From NCBI GenBank assembly GCA_900314555.1, contig OMVQ01000113.1, positions 4,396-68,395 of the forward strand: a stretch of 64,000 bases of DNA. Reading direction: 5' to 3'. The stretch comes from an uncultured Eubacteriales bacterium (GTDB taxonomy: Bacteria > Bacillota > Clostridia > Lachnospirales > Lachnospiraceae). Below the pieces are notes generated by a model. The model was not told where the DNA came from and did not search any database. It was given only the letters and a program-made list of their open reading frames with translations. Both the position numbers and the translations under genes were made by a program. Below, piece after piece: positions 8,418 to 17,299 of this stretch (the first letter of the stretch is position 1; each line of letters begins with the position of its first letter).

Positions 8418-10817
8418 TTATTTATTTAATTTAGCACCATCGAATTTAAGTGTTTTACTTTCCTTATATGGTCTGAAGAGAAGATATAAGAATCCGATGA
8501 TTAATAAGACAGCTACCACTGTTGCTATACCAAAGCTTATCTGTCCGGTAATTAATGCACCAATCTGGTAAATGCAAAGTGAAACAACATATGCAAGTAA
8601 TGTCTGATATCCAATTGCGAACCAGAACCATTTTGTATTGTTCATCTCTCTCTTGATAGCACCCATAGCTGCGAAACAAGGTGCACAAAGGAGGTTGAAT
8701 ACAAGGAATGAATATGCTGCAATCTTTGTCATATTCTCGAAGTCAAGTACACCGAATACACCAACAACTTCTTCTTTGGCAACTAATCCCATAATTGTAG
8801 CAATTGTTGCTTTAATGTTGTTGAAACCAAGAGGTGCAAAGATAAAGCTTACTGCGTTACCAATCTTACCAAGGATACTGCTTTCAAGAGCTATATCAGG
8901 GTTAAATCCAAACTTGCCACCTTCGAAACCGAATGATGAACCAGCCCAGATAATGATTGATGAAAGAAGAATTATTGTTCCGGCTTTCTTAATGAACGAC
9001 CATCCTCTTTCCCACATACTTCTTAATACATTTCCAACTGTTGGCATGTGATATGCTGGTAACTCCATAACGAATGGTGCAGGATCTCCTGCGAACATCT
9101 TTGTTTTCTTAAGTATGATACCAGAGCAGATAATTGCTGCGATACCTACGAAGTAAGCACTAGGTGCTACCCACCATGCTCCCTGGAATAATGCTGTTGC
9201 AATAAGAGCGATAATTGGTAATTTAGCTCCACAAGGGATAAATGTTGTTGTCATAATTGTCATCTTACGGTCTCTGTCGTTCTCGATTGTTCTCGATGCC
9301 ATAACACCAGGAACACCACAACCACTACCGATAAGCATTGGAATAAATGATTTACCTGATAAACCGAATTTACGGAAAATTCTATCCATAATAAATGCAA
9401 CTCTGGCCATATAACCACAAGCTTCAAGGAATGCTAGTAAAATGAATAAGACAAGCATCTGTGGTACGAAACCAAGTACAGCACCAACACCAGCTACAAT
9501 ACCGTCAAGGATAAGTCCTTTTAACCATCCAGCACAATGTACTGCATCAAGACCTTTTTCTACGAGTACAGGAATACCAGGTACCCAGATACCATAATCT
9601 GCTGTATCAGGAGCATCCTCCATGGCTTCGTCAACAGTTTCTGAAATATCATATCCTGCTTCTGTTAATGATTCACCATATGTACCATATTCTTCTTCAA
9701 ATGTAGCATAATCGTCATCTTTAATTGCGCCAAGAATATTATCGGCACCGATAACACCTGCTTCATCTGCTGCTTTAACCGTTTCAACTACATCATCTGT
9801 CCAGATGTTTTCTACTGCATAGTCATTTGCTGCTTTTTCATAAGCACTTGAACCATTTCCAAATAAGTGCCAGCCATCACCAAATAAACCATCATTTGTC
9901 CAGTCTGTTACGAATGTACCTACTGTACTTACTGCAATATAGTATACAAGGAACATTATCGCTGCAAATATAGGTAATGCAAGCCATCTGTTTGTAACGA
10001 TTCTATCAATCTTATCAGATGTTGTTAATGCTTTCTTCTTAGCTTTCTTTAAGCAATCACCGATTATGGAAGAAATATATACATATCTTTCATTTGTAAT
10101 AATACTTTCTGTATCATCATCAAATTTATCTTCTAATTCTTTAATTTCATCATCAACTTCAGGAACGATATCTAATAAAGTCTGAATTTTATCATCTTTC
10201 TCAAGTAATTTAATTGCGAAGAAACGTTTCTGTTCTTCTGCAACTACATTTGCAAGTTTTTCCTCTACTTTAGTAATTACTGCTTCAACATCTTTATCAA
10301 AGCTATGTACAGGAGTAACTTTCTTCTTGCTGCTTGCTAAAGCAACTGCTTTCTCTGCTGCTTTCTGAATTCCTGTTCCTTTAAGAGCAGATATTTCAAC
10401 TACTTCGCAGCCAAGCTTCTGGCTAAGTTTATCAGTATTAATTGTGTCACCAGTTTTCTCAAGGACGTCCATCATATTTATCGCCATAATTACAGGAATA
10501 CCAAGTTCCATAATCTGTGTTGATAAATATAAGTTTCTTTCAATGTTAGTACCATCTACAATGTTAATGATTGCATCCGGTTTCTCATTAATAAGATAGT
10601 TTCTTGCTACAACTTCCTCTAATGTATAAGGTGATAAAGAATAAATACCAGGTAAGTCAGTAATTACTACATCTTTATGATTCTTTAACTTACCTTCTTT
10701 TTTCTCAACTGTTACACCAGGCCAGTTACCAACGAATTGGTTTGAACCTGTCAACGCATTAAATAATGTGGTTTTTCCGCAGTTTGGATTACCTGCTAAT
10801 GCAATTTTAATTGACAT
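8418..10817 (-). CDS. feoB: Ferrous iron transport protein B
   Basis: G1 GNPNCGKT, G2 NWPGVTVE, G3 DLPG; membrane gate motifs GCGVP and CGAKLP. Confidence 0.97.
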   Translation of the reverse strand: MSIKIALAGNPNCGKTTLFNALTGSNQFVGNWPGVTVEKKEGKLKNHKDVVITDLPGIYSLSPYTLEEVVARNYLINEKPDAIINIVDGTNIERNLYLSTQIMELGIPVIMAINMMDVLEKTGDTINTDKLSQKLGCEVVEISALKGTGIQKAAEKAVALASSKKKVTPVHSFDKDVEAVITKVEEKLANVVAEEQKRFFAIKLLEKDDKIQTLLDIVPEVDDEIKELEDKFDDDTESIITNERYVYISSIIGDCLKKAKKKALTTSDKIDRIVTNRWLALPIFAAIMFLVYYIAVSTVGTFVTDWTNDGLFGDGWHLFGNGSSAYEKAANDYAVENIWTDDVVETVKAADEAGVIGADNILGAIKDDDYATFEEEYGTYGESLTEAGYDISETVDEAMEDAPDTADYGIWVPGIPVLVEKGLDAVHCAGWLKGLILDGIVAGVGAVLGFVPQMLVLFILLAFLEACGYMARVAFIMDRIFRKFGLSGKSFIPMLIGSGCGVPGVMASRTIENDRDRKMTIMTTTFIPCGAKLPIIALIATALFQGAWWVAPSAYFVGIAAIICSGIILKKTKMFAGDPAPFVMELPAYHMPTVGNVLRSMWERGWSFIKKAGTIILLSSIIIWAGSSFGFEGGKFGFNPDIALESSILGKIGNAVSFIFAPLGFNNIKATIATIMGLVAKEEVVGVFGVLDFENMTKIAAYSFLVFNLLCAPCFAAMGAIKREMNNTKWFWFAIGYQTLLAYVVSLCIYQIGALITGQISFGIATVVAVLLIIGFLYLLFRPYKESKTLKFDGAKLNK

Positions 10818-11077
10818 AAATCTCCTCATTTCTGCGACACTACTTTAATTCAGATTAATTCGTTTATAAATGTGCCGCTATTATAAACTTCTGAATATAT
10901 ACTGTTATAACTTAACATCATTTTTAACAATATAACTTCCGGTAAATATACTCGCTGCAACTTTTATAATCTTTTATATATTACGCTTTATACATTACAT
11001 ATTACTTCCAGCCAATATCTCTACCACAATCAAAATTGTTCGTCATAACTTTCTAATGTACGTTTTGCCTTATTCGT

Positions 11078-11093
11078 GTTAGTAATAACTAAC
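11078..11093. promoter_or_regulatory. Operator candidate GTTAG-N6-CTAAC upstream of feoB
   Basis: GTTAG TAATAA CTAAC inside a larger TTTGCCTT...AAGGCAAA hairpin. Confidence 0.5.
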
Positions 11094-11142
11094 ATAAAGG
11101 CAAAAAAAATTTGTTTATAAAATAAAATCTGTAAAACAGATT

Positions 11143-11361
11143 TTACTCTACTTCTATCATTTCTGCATCGGCTTTTCTTAATGACAATTCATAGCCTCTT
11201 ACTGTTACTTCTACAGGATCTCCAAGAGGTGCAACTTTTCTTACAAATATTTCAACACCTTTTGTAATTCCCATATCCATAATTCTTCTTTTAACCGGAC
11301 CATCACCTGTAAGTTTCTTAACTTTAACAGTTGTTCCGCACGCCACTTCTCTAAGTGTCAT
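11143..11361 (-). CDS. feoA: Ferrous iron transport protein A
   Basis: RRIMDMGITKG...APLGDP...SLRKADA FeoA signature; start ATG 11361. Confidence 0.95.
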   Translation of the reverse strand: MTLREVACGTTVKVKKLTGDGPVKRRIMDMGITKGVEIFVRKVAPLGDPVEVTVRGYELSLRKADAEMIEVE

Positions 11362-11560
11362 AATGCATTTCCTCCATTCTTGCCTCATTGTAAAGTATAT
11401 AAATACTTTTTTATACAAATAACATATAAATGTTATCTTGTCATAATTGTTACAAAATAATAATACCTCACCACCAGTTACATTTATATGTAACGATGTT
11501 GGTAATTAATACTTAACTCTTTTATCTTTATTACATTTATTCTATTAAGTATTAGTTTCT

Positions 11561-11773
11561 TTATACCATTATTTTATTTGCCATATCTTTACCTATAGCT
11601 ACTCTGGAATCTTTGACATTAACAATCATATTGCCATCGATTTCTGATATAACTGTTACTGTTCCACCAGCTACAAATCCAAGGTTCTCCAAAAATCTAC
11701 GTGTTTCTTCTTTACCGCCAACCTTTTTAATTACATTAGGTTCGCCTGCATTGACCATTGTTAAAGGCATCAT
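11561..11773 (-). CDS. feoA: Ferrous iron transport protein A (second paralogue)
   Basis: RRFLENLGFVAG...VKDSRVAIGKDMA FeoA signature. Confidence 0.92.
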   Translation of the reverse strand: MMPLTMVNAGEPNVIKKVGGKEETRRFLENLGFVAGGTVTVISEIDGNMIVNVKDSRVAIGKDMANKIMV

Positions 11774-11825
11774 ATCATCCTCTTTCTATATTGATAATAT
11801 TTTTCAAAACTCTTTTTCTTCGAAA

Positions 11826-11857
11826 GTTAGTATAGTCTAACATTCATTAGGTGTCAA
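11826..11857 (-). promoter_or_regulatory. feoA-feoA-feoB promoter with overlapping GTTAG-N6-CTAAC operator
   Basis: TTGACA(11852-57)-N17-TATACT(11829-34); palindrome 11826-11841 covers the -10. Confidence 0.7.
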
Positions 11858-12095
11858 TAACTTTTTTCACTTTTTTTCTACATATTTTGAATCTAATATA
11901 TTGCGTATCTAATTTCTTCATAAATATATCTAATATTAATATATCTAATATTGTGGTTCCATATTATTGAGAAAATAAACACTATCTAATTTTAGAAATT
12001 TGTGGTATAGTATTACTTAATAATATGATATTTTAATGAATGTGAATTTAAAATTATTTAATTATTTAAAATAATAAACAAAAGGAGCTTTAATA

Positions 12096-12470
12096 ATGAG
12101 AGCGTTTATAAACGAATCTTCTGAAAATTATCTAGAAACAATTTTAGTGTTAAGCAAGAAATTACCTGTTGTTCGTTCTGTCGATATTGCTAATGAATTA
12201 GGCTTTAAGAAATCAAGCGTAAGTATTGCAATGAAACATCTTCGTGAAAAGGAACATATTACGGTTACAGATGCAGGATACATATACTTAACTGATGCTG
12301 GTCGTGAAATTGCAGAAATGATTTACGAAAGACATGAGTTATTATCGAAATGGCTTGTCAAATTAGGTGTTAATCCTGAAGTCGCAGATGAAGATGCCTG
12401 CAAGATGGAACATGTACTTAGTAAAGAAACTTTCGAAGCACTAAAAAAACATGTGAATGGTACTGAATAA
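12096..12470 (+). CDS. DtxR/MntR-family metal-dependent transcriptional regulator (short form)
   Basis: ENYLE, RSVDIA, SVS HTH; RHELL and DACKMEH metal-site motifs. Confidence 0.92.
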   Translation: MRAFINESSENYLETILVLSKKLPVVRSVDIANELGFKKSSVSIAMKHLREKEHITVTDAGYIYLTDAGREIAEMIYERHELLSKWLVKLGVNPEVADEDACKMEHVLSKETFEALKKHVNGTE

Positions 12471-12502
12471 ATAATATTCAGATTTCAAATTCAATGTAAA
12501 TG

Positions 12503-12542
12503 AATACAAAACCCGGTTCGATTATGAACCGGGTTTTGTATT
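12503..12542 (+). terminator. Rho-independent terminator of the DtxR-family gene
   Basis: 17-bp perfect stem AATACAAAACCCGGTTC / GAACCGGGTTTTGTATT, 6-nt loop. Confidence 0.85.
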
Positions 12543-12555
12543 GCCACTCTCTATC

Positions 12556-13104
12556 TGCATATTTAACAGTTAGAAACAACTAAGAATGTTTAATAAGCTC
12601 TTATTTGCACTTACTTATATAAGACAATTTAACTGCGAATGACTTATTTGACAGATATATTTTTTCAAACTATTGCACTGAATTGCTAATTTGTCGATGC
12701 CAGTTTTTCGCTCTTTTGATTATTTGTATACATTCAATGCACAGACATTTAAACCAAAGAGTCCGTCTCTGACACACACTTGATTTATGACGTATCGTGT
12801 GTGTGAGTTATATGCCGCCAGATGCAAAAGGTCGGTGCAGAGGGGGGCATTTACTCACACCCGATTAAGGAATCTGAAAGCGTGTGTCATAGACGGACAC
12901 CTTTGGCTTAAAGGTCTGTCTGGTGAATGTACACAAAATTTGAGTGAAAAGCTGGCATCTGACAAATTTACGCAATTCATTTCAGACAGTTCGAAAATAT
13001 ATATCTGCAAATATGTCATACCCAGATAAAATGCTTCTCCTTATTAGTAAGTACAAATAAGAGTCTCCTCACGCCACCCCTATTTCTAACTGTTAAAATA
13101 TGCA
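12556..13104 (+). repeat. Family A long palindromic element, copy 1 (central 57 nt deleted)
   Basis: Nested inverted repeats 12556-76/13083-104, 12598-615/13046-63, 12696-713/12942-59; core homologous to 30834-31347 and 45771-46286. Confidence 0.9.
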
Positions 13105-14015
13105 TCTATTCCATTTGCAATTCCACTCACAATCTTATTCTGGTAATCCTCTGTAGCCATTAATCCATCTTCAGTCGGATTAGACATATACCCCATTTCT
13201 ATAATCGTGGTGGGTACGGATGCCCAGTTAATTCCACTCATAGTATCAGTTTCCCATACATATTGTTTTCTTGCACCTGTACTTTCGATATATTTATCTA
13301 ATACGCATTGTGATAATTTTCTGCTTAATCTATAGATATTACCATTATAAGGATTAGATGGTGTCTGACATATTGTCATCGCACCATTTGTACTACTGTT
13401 CTCAGAACCATTAGCATGTATTCTGATAAATGCTTCTGCACCTGCATTATTTGCAATCTGCGCTCTTTCACTGTTACTTATATTAACATCATTTGTACTT
13501 CTTATCATTATGACATTATACCCTCTGGCTTCTAATTCTTTCTGTAATTTGAGCGCAACGCTTAAGTTAAGTTCATATTCAGCAAGTCCACTAACGCAAC
13601 CTGCTGTTCCACTGCTTACTTTCGCCTTTACCTCTGATGCACCCGGTCCTACCGGTTCTTTTTCATTATTACCATGTGCCTGATGTCCGGCATCAATTGC
13701 TACTAGATGTCCTCCGGTTCTTGGTATGTATGAACTTGTCTCCTGTGCGGTTGTGACAGGTTCAGGTGTTGTTTCAGGCACCGTAGTAGTTGTGGGTTCT
13801 TCTGCCTGCGTTTCCTCTGTTGTGGTTTCTTTAGTAGTCTCTTCTAATTTCGTGGTTTCTACATTCTTCTCTGTTGTTTCTGTTATTTTCGTAGTATTTA
13901 CTGCCTTTGCTGTACTACTGTCTTTTGTATTATTTTTATTCTTCTTATTACTTCCACAGGCAGCTAATAATACTGTCATTGTCACTAAAGCAATTAGATA
14001 TATTAACTTCTTCAT
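13086..14015 (-). CDS. N-acetylmuramoyl-L-alanine amidase (Amidase_3), lipoprotein with Thr/Glu-rich linker
   Basis: Lipobox LLAAC; [26 protein letters not shown] Zn-amidase motifs. Confidence 0.92.
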   Translation of the reverse strand: MKKLIYLIALVTMTVLLAACGSNKKNKNNTKDSSTAKAVNTTKITETTEKNVETTKLEETTKETTTEETQAEEPTTTTVPETTPEPVTTAQETSSYIPRTGGHLVAIDAGHQAHGNNEKEPVGPGASEVKAKVSSGTAGCVSGLAEYELNLSVALKLQKELEARGYNVIMIRSTNDVNISNSERAQIANNAGAEAFIRIHANGSENSSTNGAMTICQTPSNPYNGNIYRLSRKLSQCVLDKYIESTGARKQYVWETDTMSGINWASVPTTIIEMGYMSNPTEDGLMATEDYQNKIVSGIANGIDAYFNS

Positions 14016-14094
14016 TTTTCATACCTTTCCTTATTTTCAGAGTTATAGGATAAAACGTGTTGATAACTAATTTTCTTTATATAATTGTACAAAC

Positions 14095-14124
14095 AAATAC
14101 AGGTCAAATATATGACCTGTATTT
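14095..14124 (-). terminator. Terminator after the Na/Pi cotransporter
   Basis: 12-bp stem AAATACAGGTCA / TGACCTGTATTT. Confidence 0.7.
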
Positions 14125-14131
14125 AAAATTT

Positions 14132-15751
14132 CTAAATATATTCTTCTTCTCTGAATGTAGCAAATGCAATATTCGTAGCATGGTCTGATACTCTTTCGAA
14201 GTTCGAAATTAAATCAGAGAATATTGCTGCTTTAGGACTACATTCGTTCTTAGCCATACGGCGTACATGATTTCTCTGCAATTGTTTTTCTAAATCATCT
14301 ACTTCGTTTTCTAAGTCCATAATTTCCTTAAGATGTTCTTCATTTCTCTCAGTAAATGCTTCTAGCGCAAGTTTTACTTCCTTATTCATAACATCAAACA
14401 TATGTTGTAATTCCTCTGCACCCACTTTGCTGAATTCAATCGATTCATTAAGCTTTGTCTGTGCAAATTCCGCAATATTTTCTGCATGGTCACCTATACG
14501 TTCAATATCACTTACAACATGATAATATCCAGCTATATTCTTCGTCTCACTTACCGGTAGCATCTGATTTATCTTAACTAAGAAATCGGTAATCTTCCTA
14601 CTAAGGAAATCAACTTCATGTTCTCGTTCAAACACTTCATTAATTATATCCTTATTGCCTTTCATTAATGCCTCCATACTTCTTTCAAGGTTATAATTAG
14701 CAATCTCACCCATTCTCTTAATTTCATTTGTTACCTCTATCATAGCAATAGCCGGAGATACCGCTGAATCAAGACTTATATATTTTAATTCATATTTTTC
14801 TTTCTGTTCATCTTCGCCAGGTACAAGCCATTGTGTAAGTTTAACTATCCAGCCTGCAAATGGGAATAAGATAATAACCTGGAATACCTTAAATATAGTA
14901 TGTGTATTAGCTACGGCACGTTTAGGATCAGCTGAAATAACATTAATCCAATGCTCAACATATCCACCAAATGGCAATAATATAAGTAACATTATTATAG
15001 AACCAATAATGTTAAACATAAGATGAATAAGAGCAGCTCTCTTCGCATCTTTCTTACCTGTAAGACCTACTAATACAGCAGATGTACAGGCACCAATGTT
15101 ACAACCTAAGATAACATAGAAACACATTGGTAATTCTACAAGTCCACTTCCTGCCATTGTTACAAGAATACCTACTGATGCAGATGAACTCTGTAATATT
15201 GTAGTGATAACAAGTCCTACTAAGATTGCAACTAAAGGATTCTTAAGTGAACCAATCATCTTCATTACTGCGACAGAATCTTTTATACCTGTCATAGAAT
15301 TCTTCATAAGGCTCATTCCTAAGAATAATGCACCAAAACCAAAAAGTACCTCACCGACTTTATTGACCGTTTCATTCTTAAAGAACATAATCATAACAAC
15401 ACCGGTAATTACAAATATTGGTGCAATACTATCTAAATCAAATGCTACAATCTGTGCTGTTACAGTTGTACCGATGTTAGCACCCATAATTACACCTACA
15501 GCCTGCATAAGATTCATAAGTCCTGAGTTAACAAAACTTACAACCATAACAGTAGCTGCACTTGATGACTGGATAATAGCAGTAAAAATTGTACCGACGA
15601 TAACACCTATAAGTCTGTTCTTAGTACACCACTCTAAGATTGTTTTCATCTTAGAACCTGCTACTTTTTCGATTCCTTCACCCATAAGCTTCATTCCGTA
15701 AAGGAACAGCCCCAATCCCCCAAGCATACTTATTATCATTGTACTGCTCAT
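14132..15751 (-). CDS. Na/Pi cotransporter family protein with PhoU-like C-terminus
   Basis: QSSS repeats, GANIGTT and GCNIG; C-terminal ERIGDHAENI / ERVSDHATNI PhoU motifs. Confidence 0.92.
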   Translation of the reverse strand: MSSTMIISMLGGLGLFLYGMKLMGEGIEKVAGSKMKTILEWCTKNRLIGVIVGTIFTAIIQSSSAATVMVVSFVNSGLMNLMQAVGVIMGANIGTTVTAQIVAFDLDSIAPIFVITGVVMIMFFKNETVNKVGEVLFGFGALFLGMSLMKNSMTGIKDSVAVMKMIGSLKNPLVAILVGLVITTILQSSSASVGILVTMAGSGLVELPMCFYVILGCNIGACTSAVLVGLTGKKDAKRAALIHLMFNIIGSIIMLLILLPFGGYVEHWINVISADPKRAVANTHTIFKVFQVIILFPFAGWIVKLTQWLVPGEDEQKEKYELKYISLDSAVSPAIAMIEVTNEIKRMGEIANYNLERSMEALMKGNKDIINEVFEREHEVDFLSRKITDFLVKINQMLPVSETKNIAGYYHVVSDIERIGDHAENIAEFAQTKLNESIEFSKVGAEELQHMFDVMNKEVKLALEAFTERNEEHLKEIMDLENEVDDLEKQLQRNHVRRMAKNECSPKAAIFSDLISNFERVSDHATNIAFATFREEEYI

Positions 15752-15926
15752 AATTTTCCTTTCAATATACATATAGTTATGTATTTTCTAATATTCAATT
15801 ATAGTATAGACATTTTTTCTCAAAAAAAAGCGTCCTTATATACAATAACTTATATTTCAGAAATAAACAAGTATAATTTTACCTAATTTTAAATTAGATT
15901 TCACATAAATTCATACATAAATTACA

Positions 15927-15982
15927 AAGACCTTTTACAGTTATATATTATATCTTAAAATATATAAACTATAAAAGGTCTT
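15927..15982. terminator. Long AT-rich hairpin after the FHA gene
   Basis: AAGACCTTTTACAGTT / AACTATAAAAGGTCTT (1 mismatch). Confidence 0.5.
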
Positions 15983-16005
15983 ATAAATTCAAAAATATTC
16001 ACAGA

Positions 16006-17256
16006 TTATTTATGCATTCTGAATTCAAAATCTTCATCAGCAAATCTAAGCTGAGCTCCATGCGGAATAAAAATTTCTTCATCATTTCCTATTAACACTC
16101 TGTTTAAATATGTATGATTCTTCGAATTATTGTCTACAACGAAGAATTCTTTACCATGTCTTATAATATAAGCATGCTTATCATCAACAGCTAAGTTGCC
16201 TGATATACAATAATCAACATTTTCCTCGTCTTTACCAATATAGAATGTATCCTTATCAATCTTTATCTCCTGATTATTAGATAATCTGATAAGATATGGC
16301 TCTATCTCAGGTCTTGCAACAATTGGAGGAATTTCTTCTATTTTTTTATCATCTGCCTCGGATACTTCATCTATCTCTGTTGTCTCTTCAGTTACTTTTT
16401 CATCTGTAACTTCTGTATCATCTGATGTCTCTATATTTTTCTCTTCTGATTCAGATTGAATCTCTGCATCGCCATCATTAACAACTTCCTGCTCCGTATC
16501 TTCTTCTGGCTCTTTTTCTACATCTGCATCATTTTTATCTTCTTCTGTTTTGGCTTCTGTATCTATTTCATCTGTTTTCTCTTCTGTTTCAGATTCATTT
16601 TCTGCATATAACTCATCTACATTAACTTTATCATCTTCTGCCTCTGATTCTACAGTTGTATCATCTTCATCTTCTTCGTCCTCTTCATCAACCACTTCTT
16701 TATGTTCAAGTCCGAGCATATCTTCTAATTCATATATGAACTTGTCCAAAGTATATGATTTAGGATTAAGGAATGTGATAAGCTTACCTACATAATCACC
16801 ATTTTCATCTAAATCGAACTGTGAACTGAATAATACGTTCTTAAAGAAATTACATATGTTACCATCATTAATAACTGTAAGTAATGGAAGACATAATAAC
16901 TTAACATCTCCATTTTCAGGATTAACGTATATCTCTTTTCTCTCTAACGAAAATGATGTCCAGTTAATCATATATTCTGACGATTCTTTAATCGTATTTG
17001 CTATACCATAGAATACTTTTAATAATCTGTCTTTTTTAACATATTCACCAAGATATTCTTTCATTGTAACCAATCCGGTTATATCATATCTGAAATATCT
17101 GTCATTCTCCACCTGTACTGGCTGTACCGGTAAGAAACCCTCTATATCATTGTTAACCATCATACCTAATGTAAGATTGTCAATTCTGTCGTTAGATTTT
17201 AGGAGATATTCAGCAGTAACTTTTTCTTCATCGTTCTTTATGTTTAAATCTATCAT
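16006..17256 (-). CDS. DUF6382-like N-domain + acidic linker + C-terminal FHA domain protein
   Basis: C-terminal FYIGK...HAYI...DNNSKNHTYLN FHA-like fold; Asp/Glu-rich middle. Confidence 0.75.
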   Translation of the reverse strand: MIDLNIKNDEEKVTAEYLLKSNDRIDNLTLGMMVNNDIEGFLPVQPVQVENDRYFRYDITGLVTMKEYLGEYVKKDRLLKVFYGIANTIKESSEYMINWTSFSLERKEIYVNPENGDVKLLCLPLLTVINDGNICNFFKNVLFSSQFDLDENGDYVGKLITFLNPKSYTLDKFIYELEDMLGLEHKEVVDEEDEEDEDDTTVESEAEDDKVNVDELYAENESETEEKTDEIDTEAKTEEDKNDADVEKEPEEDTEQEVVNDGDAEIQSESEEKNIETSDDTEVTDEKVTEETTEIDEVSEADDKKIEEIPPIVARPEIEPYLIRLSNNQEIKIDKDTFYIGKDEENVDYCISGNLAVDDKHAYIIRHGKEFFVVDNNSKNHTYLNRVLIGNDEEIFIPHGAQLRFADEDFEFRMHK

Positions 17257-17299
17257 ATATTATTACCTAACCTTTCTGTAATCTTCAATATGTATGTAA

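Noticed and set aside
11000-11048. 14-codon ORF MTNNFDCGRDIGWK in the feoA-feoB spacer (minus strand)
   Set aside because: Weak SD, no informative residue bias, cannot be distinguished from chance
12787-13029. 80-aa + strand ORF (MTYRVCELY...) inside Family A copy 1
   Set aside because: No SD. The homologous frame stops after 26 codons in copy 3 and starts with ATA and stops after 17 in copy 2. The long ORF exists only because of the 57-nt deletion. The shared MTYRV..CKR.VQ string is explained by DNA homology.
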